A stretch of 64,000 nucleotides of DNA from Spirochaetia bacterium (GTDB lineage: Bacteria > Spirochaetota > Spirochaetia > CADAEX01). Each line of letters opens with the position of its first letter. The stretch's first letter is position 1. The notes beneath the pieces were generated by a model. The model was not told where the DNA came from. It was given only the letters and a program-made list of their open reading frames with translations, and did no database searches. Positions 13,263 through 23,555 of this stretch are shown here, one piece after another. The position numbers and the translations under genes are program-made. The stretch lies in NCBI GenBank assembly GCA_963662795.1, contig OY759746.1, positions 3,040,001 to 3,104,000 of the forward strand, written 5' to 3'.

Positions 13263-14783
13263 TTATTTTCCGAAGTATATCTTGAAATCAAGGTCTTTCT
13301 TTTCATGGTTGACTATTGAAGTCCAGACTATTTTCCTTTTTTCTTTAGGTATTTTTCCGTAGATCCTATCCTTAATTCTGTCAAGAAGAACAGACTGGCT
13401 TTTCATGTTGTCCATTTTTTCTTTTTCTTCTTTTGTGAAGTATTCCTCTGTATGTTTGACTATCAGTTCCTTAATCCCTGTACTGTATTTATCAATAATC
13501 TGTTTATAGCTGGCATACACATTTTCACTGTAAACAACTACAAAATAGTCTATCTCTGGAATGTTCGGCAGAAGAGTTGCTACTTCCGAAAGCTTTGAGA
13601 CAGCTTCTTCATAATGGTTATGCATAAACAGGTCCAGAGAATCACGGGCAAGTTTGATAACTGAAATATTATTGAATGTTAATATATTTCCATTATTCTC
13701 AGGTAATTTCAGGCTGAACAGAGGAATCCGGTTACAGACATCACATATAAGTTCAATCAAACTGGAAAATACGTTTTCATTCCAGAGTTTTTTCCTGAGA
13801 GAATCAATTAAATCTATCATTATCCCCTGGTATTTCATTCTGTATTTTTCTTTGTCGTCTATTATTACTTCAAAAATTGTCAGATTTATTCCCTTGAATC
13901 CTACATGGCCGGCATTGAAAAAATCTATCAGATGCTCAGTAAGAAACGGGTCTTTCTTAATTGTTGCTTCAGCAATGAAATTTCCTGCAACATGGTTTGA
14001 CACTAATATCCTGTTGGTATTTTTTGATATCTTGTTTGCCTGAGCCTGTAGTCTTGCTGCAGTATTAACTACAGTTCCTGAAAGGTCTCCGTCAGATGTA
14101 ATTATAAGAGGTGTATATTTTTTGCCGCCGGCAATTCCTGCAGATATTGTCATATCCGGCAGAAAAGCAGGTCTTGAACCTCTGGATTTTATAATTTTCT
14201 CATTTTTAATAATATTTTTTCCGGCAAAATAATCTGCGATCTGTACTGTTGTTTCTACAACATCAAGGGCTGAAGACCCTCCAAGAATAATTTCATCTCC
14301 CCTGGCTCTCTTGCAGATGACGTTGTTTTCTCTTGCCATTCGCGTAATATTTTTATCGATGAAATCATCCAGTTTTTGAAGACGCGAAGTGTTGATTCCT
14401 GAATTGAAGCAGAAGGCAGTATACCCGTGGATATCAATAAAGCCGATATAAATATTGGTAATAGTCATATTCCTTTTTAAATCTGCGGCAAATGGATACT
14501 CCTGATTTGGAATTGTCAGTTTTTTCCAGAGTTTCGGATATTCATCCGGTGAAAGCTGGTTGAAAAAACCCCAGTTAAGTCTGCGAAGCAGATAAAAGGC
14601 GTTTTTGAGAGCATGTTCTTTTGTGTTTGATTGAGGTATTTTCTCTGTCAGTGAAACAATCTGATCAAATGCTGTTATTTCTTTTTTAATGAGTTTGACA
14701 TACAGAAAGAAAAACAGTTCATACGAGGTTGTGTTTTCATTAAAATCATTAATTCTAACCATTTGATATATTTTCGGATACAA
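13263..14783 (-). CDS. Class III nucleotidyl cyclase-like protein (start uncertain: TTG 14783 or ATG 14762)
   Basis: FIDIHGYT, RARGDE, SAGIAGG, DLSGTVVNTAARLQ, GFKG. Confidence 0.8.
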   Translation of the reverse strand: MYPKIYQMVRINDFNENTTSYELFFFLYVKLIKKEITAFDQIVSLTEKIPQSNTKEHALKNAFYLLRRLNWGFFNQLSPDEYPKLWKKLTIPNQEYPFAADLKRNMTITNIYIGFIDIHGYTAFCFNSGINTSRLQKLDDFIDKNITRMARENNVICKRARGDEIILGGSSALDVVETTVQIADYFAGKNIIKNEKIIKSRGSRPAFLPDMTISAGIAGGKKYTPLIITSDGDLSGTVVNTAARLQAQANKISKNTNRILVSNHVAGNFIAEATIKKDPFLTEHLIDFFNAGHVGFKGINLTIFEVIIDDKEKYRMKYQGIMIDLIDSLRKKLWNENVFSSLIELICDVCNRIPLFSLKLPENNGNILTFNNISVIKLARDSLDLFMHNHYEEAVSKLSEVATLLPNIPEIDYFVVVYSENVYASYKQIIDKYSTGIKELIVKHTEEYFTKEEKEKMDNMKSQSVLLDRIKDRIYGKIPKEKRKIVWTSIVNHEKKDLDFKIYFGK

Positions 14784-14914
14784 TGTACATGTTATACAGG
14801 AAAAGTATTATGAAGTACTGTATGAAATATTTAATTGATCAAAATACTTGCAGATATTTTTTTTTATTTGATTTACAATAAATTGATATTTTGTCCCTGT
14901 TCCGGAGGTTTAAT

Positions 14915-16222
14915 ATGGATTTCAGCATCAAGACATTGGGTGAATGCAGATTCAGATCGCCTATTCTGGATAATTATCCTCATCTTGAATCGGCCTTTAT
15001 TGATGAAAATAAGCGTGTCAGACTTAATGTTATTGTTGATGTTAACGGACCTGATACAGAAGAACCTACACTTGAAATTGCCGGACAGAGACGGAAACTT
15101 TATTTTAATCCTCCATATACCCGGGCTGCCATTGTTACCTGCGGTGGACTCTGCCCCGGCCTCAATGATGTAATCAGATCAATAGTAATGGAATCCCATT
15201 ATCATTACGGTGTAACCTCAATCATGGGAATCAGATACGGTTATAACGGGCTGAAAGAGGGAAGTCCCTATGCCCCGGTGGAACTGACTCCCGATAAAGT
15301 CAAGGATATCCACAAGATAGGCGGAACAATTTTAGGCTCATCCCGCGGCGGAACCGATAACATCAATTCGCTTGTTGATTCACTTGAAAAAATGGGGATA
15401 AATATTCTATATACAATCGGGGGTGATGGTACACTTACCGGTGCACATGAAATTGCCTCAATTGCGGAAAAAAGGGGACTTCCTCTTTCTGTAATCGGGA
15501 TACCCAAGACTATTGATAATGATATAAATTTCATACAAAAATCTTTCGGATTTGAAACTGCTTTTTCCAAGGCTGTTGAGGCAATTTCAGGAGCTCATGT
15601 AGAAGCAAACGGAGCTCCCAACGGGGTAGGTCTTGTGAAGCTTATGGGCCGGCATTCCGGGTTTATTGCTTCCTATGCATCGCTTGCGATGAATGATGTA
15701 AACTTTATTCTTGTCCCGGAGCAGCCTTTTGACCTTGATCCTCCTAACGGGCTTTTATATCATCTTGAAAATTATCTCATTAAAAGAAAACACGCTGTTA
15801 TATGTGTTGCAGAAGGGGCAGGGCAGGAACATATGGTATCAGCTAAAGGAAATACTGAAAGGGATAAGTCAGGCAATATCAAATTAAACGATATAGGTGT
15901 ATATATTAAAGAAAGAATTACAAGCTACTTCAGGGACAGGAAGAGTGAAGTTAATGTTAAATATATCGATCCCAGCTATTTGATAAGGAGTGAACCGGCC
16001 TGCCCCAACGATTCTCTTTTCTGCGGCCTTCTCGGGCAGTATGCTGTTCACGCAGGTATGGCAGGAAAAACAGATATGATAGTCGGTATGATCAATGATA
16101 CATATATACATGTTCCTATTAAAGCAGCAGTAACAGGAAGAAAAACCATTGATGTCACTTCCCAGTTCTGGAATAATGTCCTGCAGGCGACAGGACAGCC
16201 GGGAAATATGAAAAACGGCTGA
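14915..16222 (+). CDS. pfkA: 6-phosphofructokinase, ATP-dependent type (GGDG)
   Basis: TCGGLCPGLN, GGTILGSSRG, IGGDGT, PKTIDND, MGRHSG; SD GGAGG. Confidence 0.93.
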   Translation: MDFSIKTLGECRFRSPILDNYPHLESAFIDENKRVRLNVIVDVNGPDTEEPTLEIAGQRRKLYFNPPYTRAAIVTCGGLCPGLNDVIRSIVMESHYHYGVTSIMGIRYGYNGLKEGSPYAPVELTPDKVKDIHKIGGTILGSSRGGTDNINSLVDSLEKMGINILYTIGGDGTLTGAHEIASIAEKRGLPLSVIGIPKTIDNDINFIQKSFGFETAFSKAVEAISGAHVEANGAPNGVGLVKLMGRHSGFIASYASLAMNDVNFILVPEQPFDLDPPNGLLYHLENYLIKRKHAVICVAEGAGQEHMVSAKGNTERDKSGNIKLNDIGVYIKERITSYFRDRKSEVNVKYIDPSYLIRSEPACPNDSLFCGLLGQYAVHAGMAGKTDMIVGMINDTYIHVPIKAAVTGRKTIDVTSQFWNNVLQATGQPGNMKNG

Positions 16223-16259
16223 AAAAAGGGGCTTCCCCGTTTTACCGGAAAGCCCCCTG
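16223..16259. terminator. Probable bidirectional terminator between pfkA and usp
   Basis: A-run followed by GGGGCTT...AAGCCCC stem. Confidence 0.6.
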
Positions 16260-16279
16260 ATATTTTATTTCCATAAAAA

Positions 16280-16711
16280 TTATTTTACTACCATCACATT
16301 TGTCTTGGCATACTGCAAAACCTTGTTGCTTACGCTTCCCAGGAAAAATCCCTGAAATTTGCTTAATCTTCTGCGCCCTACAATAATAAGGTCGTGTTTT
16401 TCTTTTTCTGCCAGAGTGCATATATTTTCGACAGGAGATCCCTTTTTTATCACTGTTTTAACATTGATCCCTTTGCTTTCCAGTGCTTTCTTTGCGGTTT
16501 CAGCAGCGTTTTCATAGAAACCTGTCTGTTCCTTTTTTAATCTGGCCATAACGTCCTGCGGTACATTGCTTGCATAATTCATGTTATCTGCGTTTTCTAT
16601 GACTGAAAGAACAGTAACTTCGGCATTCATCGCAAGGGCAAGTTTAGCCGCTTCTTCAATTGTCTTTAAAGCCTGTTCTGATCCGTCTGTTGTAACAAGA
16701 ATTTTATACAT
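16280..16711 (-). CDS. Universal stress protein (UspA family)
   Basis: KILVTTDGSE, DLIIVG, LGSVSNKVL; SD GGAGG; upstream TTGACA-N17-TATCTT at 16810-16782. Confidence 0.92.
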   Translation of the reverse strand: MYKILVTTDGSEQALKTIEEAAKLALAMNAEVTVLSVIENADNMNYASNVPQDVMARLKKEQTGFYENAAETAKKALESKGINVKTVIKKGSPVENICTLAEKEKHDLIIVGRRRLSKFQGFFLGSVSNKVLQYAKTNVMVVK

Positions 16712-16950
16712 AAATATTCCCTCCTGCTGATTTGTACATCCTGATATGATAAATATTATTTCATTATCCCTGTACAAATTAAAGATAAAAAAACTTAATT
16801 GCAGTGTCAAGATGATAAATATTTTTATGGAACCTTTGTAATCCATCAATCTGCCAATATTATCTAAAATCCTTTAATTCCTGAAAAGAAAATTGATAAA
16901 TAATTAAAATTAATGCATAATGATTAAAATTGATAATCCAAGGAAATAAA

Positions 16951-17424
16951 ATGGCTATTGATGATACTATTCAGCTTGTTACATTTAATCTCGGAAAAGA
17001 ACAATATGGTATAGATATTATGCAGGTTGAGGGGATAGTCCGTGAGCATGAAATCAGGAATATACCTAACGCTCCGGCCTTTGTTGAAGGAATTTTCAAC
17101 TTAAGAGGCGACATACTCCCTGTAATCAATCTTCATAAGCGGTTTCACCTGGAAAAAATTAAAAAAGATGAATCAGATGAACTTTTAAGCGGTTTAATAA
17201 TTATTAAGGTCAACGGGATGAAACTGGCTGTCAAGATTGATAAAGTCGCTAAAGTAATTACTATCAATAAAAACAAGATACAGCCGCCCCCTCAGATGAT
17301 AAAGGGGATCGGAAGTGAGTATATTGAGGGTGTTACTCCTCTTGAGGACCAGTATATTATCATTCTTGATATTGACCGCCTTTTTGCTCTCAAAGAATTG
17401 AAACAGCTTGAAAGTCTTAAATAA
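16951..17424 (+). CDS. cheW: Chemotaxis coupling protein CheW
   Basis: QLVTFNLG.E.YGIDI, IPNAPAFVEGIFNLRG. Confidence 0.95.
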   Translation: MAIDDTIQLVTFNLGKEQYGIDIMQVEGIVREHEIRNIPNAPAFVEGIFNLRGDILPVINLHKRFHLEKIKKDESDELLSGLIIIKVNGMKLAVKIDKVAKVITINKNKIQPPPQMIKGIGSEYIEGVTPLEDQYIIILDIDRLFALKELKQLESLK

Positions 17425-17440
17425 AAAACAAGGATAATTG

Positions 17441-18469
17441 ATGAGCATCAGTGTATTTAAACCTTTTATTAATCGAAAAGACATGAACAGCGTATTAAGC
17501 TGTCTTGTGAGCGAAAAACTTGCGAACGGAAGTATTGCAAAACAGTTTTCTGCTGACTTGAGCAGACATCTCGGAGCAGATGAAGGCTTCCTTCTTAAAG
17601 AATACAGGCGGGCAATTGAAATTGTTTTAAAATCATCAATTAATCCTGAAAAAGATCTTGTTTTAATATCACCTCTCTCTTCGTTCTATTATAAAAAAGC
17701 AGCGGATGATGCCGGTTTAAAACTCCTTTTTATAGATATCGATCCAGATACCGCAAATATATCATTTGAAAAACTGTCTGAAGCAGTTGAAGAAAACCGC
17801 AGCCGCATACATTCTGTAGTTGTCGACTCACCGCTGGGATTTGTCCCTGAGATTGAAAAAATATCAGAAATGGAAATAAATATTATTGAAGATATTTCCA
17901 ATTCATTCGGGGCGCAGGCCGGGGATAAAAAGCTTGGCAGTTTCGGTAATTTTACAATAATGAATATGGACCCTGAGAGGATCATTACAACCGGAAGCGG
18001 CACTTTTATTGCGGGAAAAAGCAAAAAAGAGAAAGATATGCTCCGCAGCAGCATTTTACCTTATGGAAACGACATTCTGCTTCCAGACCTGAATGCTGCT
18101 ATCGCTGTCACACAGCTTGCCAATATTGAAAAAATTGTAAATGTAAGAGCAGAAATAGCTGAAAACTATGTTCAGGCTGTAATGAAAACAAGGAATAAAA
18201 CTTTCCTTCAAAAAAATGAATTCAGTAATGTATATTGCAGTTTTGCTGTTATTGCTGAAAGCAGTGTAAAGGAAATTAAAAAATATGCCCAGAAAAAAGG
18301 TATTGATACTGCCGATGCCTTTGAAGGTTCAATTATAAAAAATATTACTATTGAGGACTGCCCGGAGGCACAGAAGCTTAACATGAGGTGTCTGCTTTTC
18401 CCTTTGTATCCGAATATTGGAAAAAACAATGCGGAAAAGGTAATCAAGGTTATTTCAACACTGCCGTAA
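17441..18469 (+). CDS. DegT/DnrJ/EryC1/StrS-fold protein, degenerate
   Basis: DIDPDT, IIED, G.FG, ITTG, LFPLYP; PLP Lys replaced by Arg. Confidence 0.8.
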   Translation: MSISVFKPFINRKDMNSVLSCLVSEKLANGSIAKQFSADLSRHLGADEGFLLKEYRRAIEIVLKSSINPEKDLVLISPLSSFYYKKAADDAGLKLLFIDIDPDTANISFEKLSEAVEENRSRIHSVVVDSPLGFVPEIEKISEMEINIIEDISNSFGAQAGDKKLGSFGNFTIMNMDPERIITTGSGTFIAGKSKKEKDMLRSSILPYGNDILLPDLNAAIAVTQLANIEKIVNVRAEIAENYVQAVMKTRNKTFLQKNEFSNVYCSFAVIAESSVKEIKKYAQKKGIDTADAFEGSIIKNITIEDCPEAQKLNMRCLLFPLYPNIGKNNAEKVIKVISTLP

Positions 18470-18542
18470 ACGGTTAAGAAAATTCAGGTGACAGGGTTTG
18501 AAGTAATTTGCGATATACATAAAATACAGGAAATACTTTCAG

Positions 18543-19397
18543 ATGAACAATGATGAACTGATTTTAATAATTTATAATCCTGAAAAAAACGATGCGGAAA
18601 AAATGTCCATTGAAATTCATGATTTCCTGGATTCAAAAAATATAGAAAATAAAATATGCAGCAGCAAAAATATTCCTGACTCATATTTCAATAAAAAGCA
18701 CAGGCTTGTTATAACACTCGGAGGGGACGGGACAGTCTTATACTGTTCAAGGATATTTTCCCCTTTTAAAACGCCTATCTTTGCCATAAATTTTGGAGAA
18801 ATCGGGTTTATAACAGAAATAGAAAGAAAAGACTGGAAAAAATCACTTACCTCTTTTCTGGATAACGATTATCAGGTGAAAAGACATCTGATGCTCAGGG
18901 TTTCCGTATACAGAAAAGGGGAAAAGGTTTACCAGGTATGCTGTCTAAATGACAGTGTTATTACTGCAGGCGGCGGTGCAAAAATTGTCAAGCTTGATGT
19001 TTACATAGATGATTTATACCTTGGGGAATACAGGGCCGACGGTATAATAGTTTCAAGTCCCACAGGCTCAACTGCCTATTCAGCAGCCGCAGGCGGACCG
19101 CTTCTGTTCCCTGAAATGGATGCGGTGATGCTCACACCGATATGCCCTTATTCGCTTTCAAACCGGGCAATTATTCTGCCTGTGGATAAAAGAATCAGAA
19201 TCTCGGTTGAGAAAGAGCAGCGGGTTGACCTGATTCTTACTTCAGATGGTCAGGAAATTTTCAAACTTCAGAAAGGCGATAATATTTTAATTGACAAGTC
19301 ACAGTACCGTGCATTGATTATAAAGTCTCAGCAAAATCTTTTTTTCAACAAGGTAAAGTCCAAGCTTAACTGGTCTGGAGGGCCAAATAATGCTTGA
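18543..19397 (+). CDS. nadK: NAD(+) kinase
   Basis: GGDGT, LND, DGIIVSSPTGSTAYS..AGGP. Confidence 0.95.
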   Translation: MNNDELILIIYNPEKNDAEKMSIEIHDFLDSKNIENKICSSKNIPDSYFNKKHRLVITLGGDGTVLYCSRIFSPFKTPIFAINFGEIGFITEIERKDWKKSLTSFLDNDYQVKRHLMLRVSVYRKGEKVYQVCCLNDSVITAGGGAKIVKLDVYIDDLYLGEYRADGIIVSSPTGSTAYSAAAGGPLLFPEMDAVMLTPICPYSLSNRAIILPVDKRIRISVEKEQRVDLILTSDGQEIFKLQKGDNILIDKSQYRALIIKSQQNLFFNKVKSKLNWSGGPNNA

Positions 19398-21081
19398 AGA
19401 GATATATATAAAGAATATTGCTTTAATAGATGATATAAAAATCGAATTTACCTCCGGATTCAATGTTCTGACGGGAGAGTCAGGCTCAGGTAAATCCCTC
19501 ATCGCCGGTGCGATAGGGCTTCTGAAAGGGGTTAAAGGGGACACGGGAGTAATCAGAACGGGAGAAGACTCAGCTGAAGTTGCTGGTGTATTCGGAATAA
19601 AAAACAATCAGGATGTACTTGACTGGCTGTCTTTTAAAGGGATATCTGCTGAGGATGATTCCATTATTATCAGAAGGTCAGTAAAAGCTAACGGCAGAGG
19701 CACGATAACAGTCCAGTCTACACCTTTAAACAGAAGCGAACTGATTGAACTCACATCACTGCTTTTTGATATTCACGGGCAGAACGAACATCATACAATC
19801 ATGAGCGAGGAGAGGCAGCGGAATCTTCTCGACAGCTATTCAGGACTTCCTGGAGATACGTCATTCTTTTCTTCTCTTTTCAGCGAACTTGGAAAGATGA
19901 AAAAAAGGCTCACTGGACTTGAACTCTCTGAAAAAGAGCGGCTCCGCGAGATCGATATACTCAAATTCACAATAAATGAAATCAATGAGGCAAAAATATC
20001 GGCTGCTGAGGATGAAGAGATTGAAAAAGAGCACAAGATGCTTGTTGAACATGAAAAGCTTTTCAGATTTGTGGCGGAATCCCGTGACGAGTTTTCAGAA
20101 AGTGCTACAGGAATTATTCCCCGCCTTAAAAATACACTGAATACTTCATCTGCTGCAGCAGCTATAGATGAGAGCCTTCTGCCTCTTTCAGAAAGACTTT
20201 CAAACGCTTTTTTTGAAATTGAGGATATAGCTGAATTGCTCAGGGATTATGTACTTAAAGATAACTTCAGTCCGGCAAGACTTGCAAAATGCGAGGAGAG
20301 GCTTGCTGTTCTTCACCGGTTGAAAAAAAAGTACGGGCCTGAAATTGCCGATGTTATAAACCATCAGAATATTTCAGAAATTCGTCTTGCTGAGCTTGAA
20401 AATCTGGCTATAGACAGGGAAGAGCTTAAAGTTGAGATAAAAAAAACGGAAGATGAGGTGCTGAAAAAAGCATTGGTACTCTCGGAGGAAAGGAAGAAGA
20501 ATTCCGCAGTTCTTGAAAAAAAGATAGAAGATGTGCTTAAACAGCTGGGTATGCCGGAAGTGGTTTTCAGCATCCAGGTTAAATCCCGGAAAAATGATTC
20601 CGGCAAACCGGTATGCGGAAGTTACGGATTTGACCAGGTGGAGTTTTTGATATCGCCCAACACAGGAGAGCCTCTCAAGCCAATAGACCAGATTGCCTCC
20701 GGTGGTGAAATGTCACGTATAATGCTTGCCGTAAAAAGTGTTCTCTCTGACAGCGACCCGGTTGATTCAATGCTTTTTGATGAAATCGACTCCGGTATCG
20801 GAGGAGAAGTGGCTGTTTCACTCGGGTATCATCTTCAAAAACTATCAAAAATCAAACAGATAATTTGCATAACTCATCTTGCTTCCATCGCTGTTAATGC
20901 CGATAATCATATAAGGGTTAATAAAATTATTGAAAATAAAAGAACTGTAACACGGGCGGAAAAAGTCGATAATGACAGCAGGGTAACAGAAATTGCCAGA
21001 ATGCTGTCCGGCGACCAGAGCGCTAATGCTTCTCTTGAACACGCAAGGGTGCTTCTGTCAAAAAGAGGGTTGAATGGGTAA
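19390..21081 (+). CDS. recN: DNA repair protein RecN
   Basis: LTGESGSGKS, IHGQ, ASGGEMSR, FDEIDSGIGG, ITHL. Confidence 0.96.
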   Translation: MLEEIYIKNIALIDDIKIEFTSGFNVLTGESGSGKSLIAGAIGLLKGVKGDTGVIRTGEDSAEVAGVFGIKNNQDVLDWLSFKGISAEDDSIIIRRSVKANGRGTITVQSTPLNRSELIELTSLLFDIHGQNEHHTIMSEERQRNLLDSYSGLPGDTSFFSSLFSELGKMKKRLTGLELSEKERLREIDILKFTINEINEAKISAAEDEEIEKEHKMLVEHEKLFRFVAESRDEFSESATGIIPRLKNTLNTSSAAAAIDESLLPLSERLSNAFFEIEDIAELLRDYVLKDNFSPARLAKCEERLAVLHRLKKKYGPEIADVINHQNISEIRLAELENLAIDREELKVEIKKTEDEVLKKALVLSEERKKNSAVLEKKIEDVLKQLGMPEVVFSIQVKSRKNDSGKPVCGSYGFDQVEFLISPNTGEPLKPIDQIASGGEMSRIMLAVKSVLSDSDPVDSMLFDEIDSGIGGEVAVSLGYHLQKLSKIKQIICITHLASIAVNADNHIRVNKIIENKRTVTRAEKVDNDSRVTEIARMLSGDQSANASLEHARVLLSKRGLNG

Positions 21082-21874
21082 GATAACTCAAGAGGCAAGA
21101 AAAAATTATACAGAGCATATTACAAAATACAAGCAAATAATGGAAGAAATTGTAAAAAAGGAAAACAGCTTCAATACAGATCTCAAAACAGGAAAAATAA
21201 CAGAAAAAATTGAATACAAAAAAATTGAAATCGCGGATAATGTTTTAAACCTAAGCTCCTACTACATACTTCTCAACTCGCTATCCTCAAATCTGCTTGG
21301 TGTAAAAAATGAAAACTTCCTTAATGAAGCGCGTAAATCAGTTTACAGGGCTCTTATCTATCTTGAAAGTGTTGTAACAGATGAAATTGATATCCCGTTT
21401 TCTGAACTGTCCGTAGCCCTGGATAAAATATCCGAGCTTTCTGATGAAAAAAGGTTTAATACTGTAAAAAAACTCGGGTTTACAATTGATATGATTAAAG
21501 ATTCTTTCGGGGAAAATTCAAAATGGAAATGGTCTTTTGTAGAGCTTGAAGGGCGTTTCGCAACAGTTGCTAAAAATATGATAAACTACAAAACTCTTGT
21601 TTCAGGGATGGACCCTACGGCAGCGGGATATGAACTCAGGGTATATCACTTAAACCTTGTCAAGAAAATGCTTATGCTTGCGGCAACCCGCTACAGGGAA
21701 AAATATGAACTTAACACCTTCCGGATTGATGATTTTAAACTGGCGCTCAACTATCTGTCTGCCCTAAGAAGAATACATGTATATCTTGGTGAGACAAATG
21801 ATTCTGAAACTGTGAAAAAGAATCTTGAAATCTGGAAAAACAAGATGGAAAAAGATTCAAGTAAAAGTATCTGA
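21074..21874 (+). CDS. Conserved spirochaete helical hypothetical protein
   Basis: Overlaps the recN stop; SKWKWSFVELEGR motif. Confidence 0.75.
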   Translation: MGKITQEARKNYTEHITKYKQIMEEIVKKENSFNTDLKTGKITEKIEYKKIEIADNVLNLSSYYILLNSLSSNLLGVKNENFLNEARKSVYRALIYLESVVTDEIDIPFSELSVALDKISELSDEKRFNTVKKLGFTIDMIKDSFGENSKWKWSFVELEGRFATVAKNMINYKTLVSGMDPTAAGYELRVYHLNLVKKMLMLAATRYREKYELNTFRIDDFKLALNYLSALRRIHVYLGETNDSETVKKNLEIWKNKMEKDSSKSI

Positions 21875-21974
21875 CCGGTCCTGACTGCTTATCAATAAAC
21901 TTTTATGGCAATATCCATTATTTTAAGACATTAACACTTCATTAACAGCAGTCAGCAAATAAATTTGAATGTAG

Positions 21975-22376
21975 TCAGTTTTTTTTCAGGTCATGCAGGG
22001 AATCTTCAGGATAAAGTTCTCCAAGCAGCATCATTTTGAAATTTTTGTCCCTGCCGGCATAGAAAACAGGCGCATCTCCTTCGCAGAATTCCGACAGCAC
22101 CTGTCTGCAGGCTCCGCATGGAGGAACGGGAGATGGGGAATCCGCGCAGTATACGGCAACGGCTGTAAACACTTTTTTCCCACAGCCGGCCGCAGTGCTT
22201 ACTGCAGAGCGTTCGGCACAGATTGTAAGACCGTAGGATCTGTTTTCAATATTGCATCCGGTAAATATGCTGCCGTCGGTGCATAAAAGAGCCGCCCCGA
22301 CATGAAACCCTGAATAAGGTGCATAAGAAAAGCGGGATGCAAAAACTGCAGCTTCTTTTAAATTTGTATAATCCAT
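21975..22376 (-). CDS. cdd: Cytidine deaminase (homotetrameric)
   Basis: YAPYS.F.VGAA, GCNIEN, CAE, PCGACRQ; SD GGAGGAG. Confidence 0.95.
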   Translation of the reverse strand: MDYTNLKEAAVFASRFSYAPYSGFHVGAALLCTDGSIFTGCNIENRSYGLTICAERSAVSTAAGCGKKVFTAVAVYCADSPSPVPPCGACRQVLSEFCEGDAPVFYAGRDKNFKMMLLGELYPEDSLHDLKKN

Positions 22377-22402
22377 GTCCAGTTCTCCTCCGTAATATTT
22401 CG

Positions 22403-22431
22403 TTGACACCTGCAAATCTATTATATACAAT
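22403..22431 (+). promoter_or_regulatory. sigma70 promoter
   Basis: TTGACA-N17-TACAAT. Confidence 0.7.
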
Positions 22432-22471
22432 TGAATATGATTACAGCAAGGCCGGATAAACAGCAGGATTT

Positions 22472-23527
22472 ATGAAAAAAAAACGAAAAAAAATCAGTGT
22501 TTTGTTCTTCCTGATCATATATATATTTCTTGCTCCTGAATATGAGAATAATTCCATAAAATTTTCTCCGGTCTGGGTTCTGAATGCGCTTAAGCCTGAG
22601 CAGGGGGACGCAGAAAAGAATTCCCTGATTCCGTTCAGACTTGGAGAGGTTTTCGGATATTTTGACCGCAGCGGAAAGACTTCATTTATAGACAGGGTTT
22701 TTTACAATACTGCTCAGAATAAAAAATATTTTATCAATTATACTTCTGTAACGGAAAATCTTGTTGTAAATAAAAATGACAGAACTTTTGTTTCGAATTT
22801 AAAGACAGCAGGTTATCCCTATTTTATCGATGACAGGCTTTTTGTAATTTCAGCAAACAGCAAAAAAATATCGGAATGGAGTATTGAAGGGGAGAATATT
22901 TTTTCCTATGAAAATGAATCGGAAATTATATCTTCCGATGCCAATATTGATACCTATATTGCAGGATTTGTAGACGGGTCTGTCATAATTACGGATAAAG
23001 ACAGAAAAATTGAAAAGCTGATGAAACCGGAGTTGAGCAGAATAAATGCTGTTTACGGACTTGCCATTTCAGGTGATTCCGACCTGATAGCCATGATAAC
23101 AGGTCTTGATCCCCAGTACATGATTATAATGGAGAAAAAACACAACCAGTACAGCAGGATATATACTTACCAGTTCAATAATAATCTGAGACATTCACGG
23201 TACATAACATTTTCAGATGACAACAGATATCTTTTTTTTGAAAGTGAAAATATTTTTTACTGTTATGATTTTCTGACTAAATCCCTTTCAAACACTCCTC
23301 TTGAGGGTAAGATCATTGCTGTACATTATCTGTCTGATTCAGGTTTCTCCGCTGTTAAAACTGAAGGTCCGGCAGGGCAGTCGTATTTTTATCTGATTTA
23401 TCCTGACGGCAGCATTCTGTACAGAAATAAAAGCAAATCAGGCAATGTTTTCATGACCGGCAGCGGCGGAAGATTTTATTTCGGAACAGGTAATTTTATA
23501 TATTCGGTAGATATACTTGATGATTAA
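22472..23527 (+). CDS. Membrane-anchored beta-propeller (WD40-like) hypothetical protein
   Basis: Basic N-terminus plus TM; AGFVDGSV, LAISGD, FSDDNRYLFF blade-like repeats. Confidence 0.6.
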   Translation: MKKKRKKISVLFFLIIYIFLAPEYENNSIKFSPVWVLNALKPEQGDAEKNSLIPFRLGEVFGYFDRSGKTSFIDRVFYNTAQNKKYFINYTSVTENLVVNKNDRTFVSNLKTAGYPYFIDDRLFVISANSKKISEWSIEGENIFSYENESEIISSDANIDTYIAGFVDGSVIITDKDRKIEKLMKPELSRINAVYGLAISGDSDLIAMITGLDPQYMIIMEKKHNQYSRIYTYQFNNNLRHSRYITFSDDNRYLFFESENIFYCYDFLTKSLSNTPLEGKIIAVHYLSDSGFSAVKTEGPAGQSYFYLIYPDGSILYRNKSKSGNVFMTGSGGRFYFGTGNFIYSVDILDD

Positions 23528-23555
23528 ATCCACTGTCCCGGAGAGGAATAACAGC

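Noticed and set aside
21881-21955. 9-bp inverted repeat CTGACTGCT/AGCAGTCAG between convergent genes
   Set aside because: Short, with a ~57-nt AT-rich loop; no support for a MITE or terminator.
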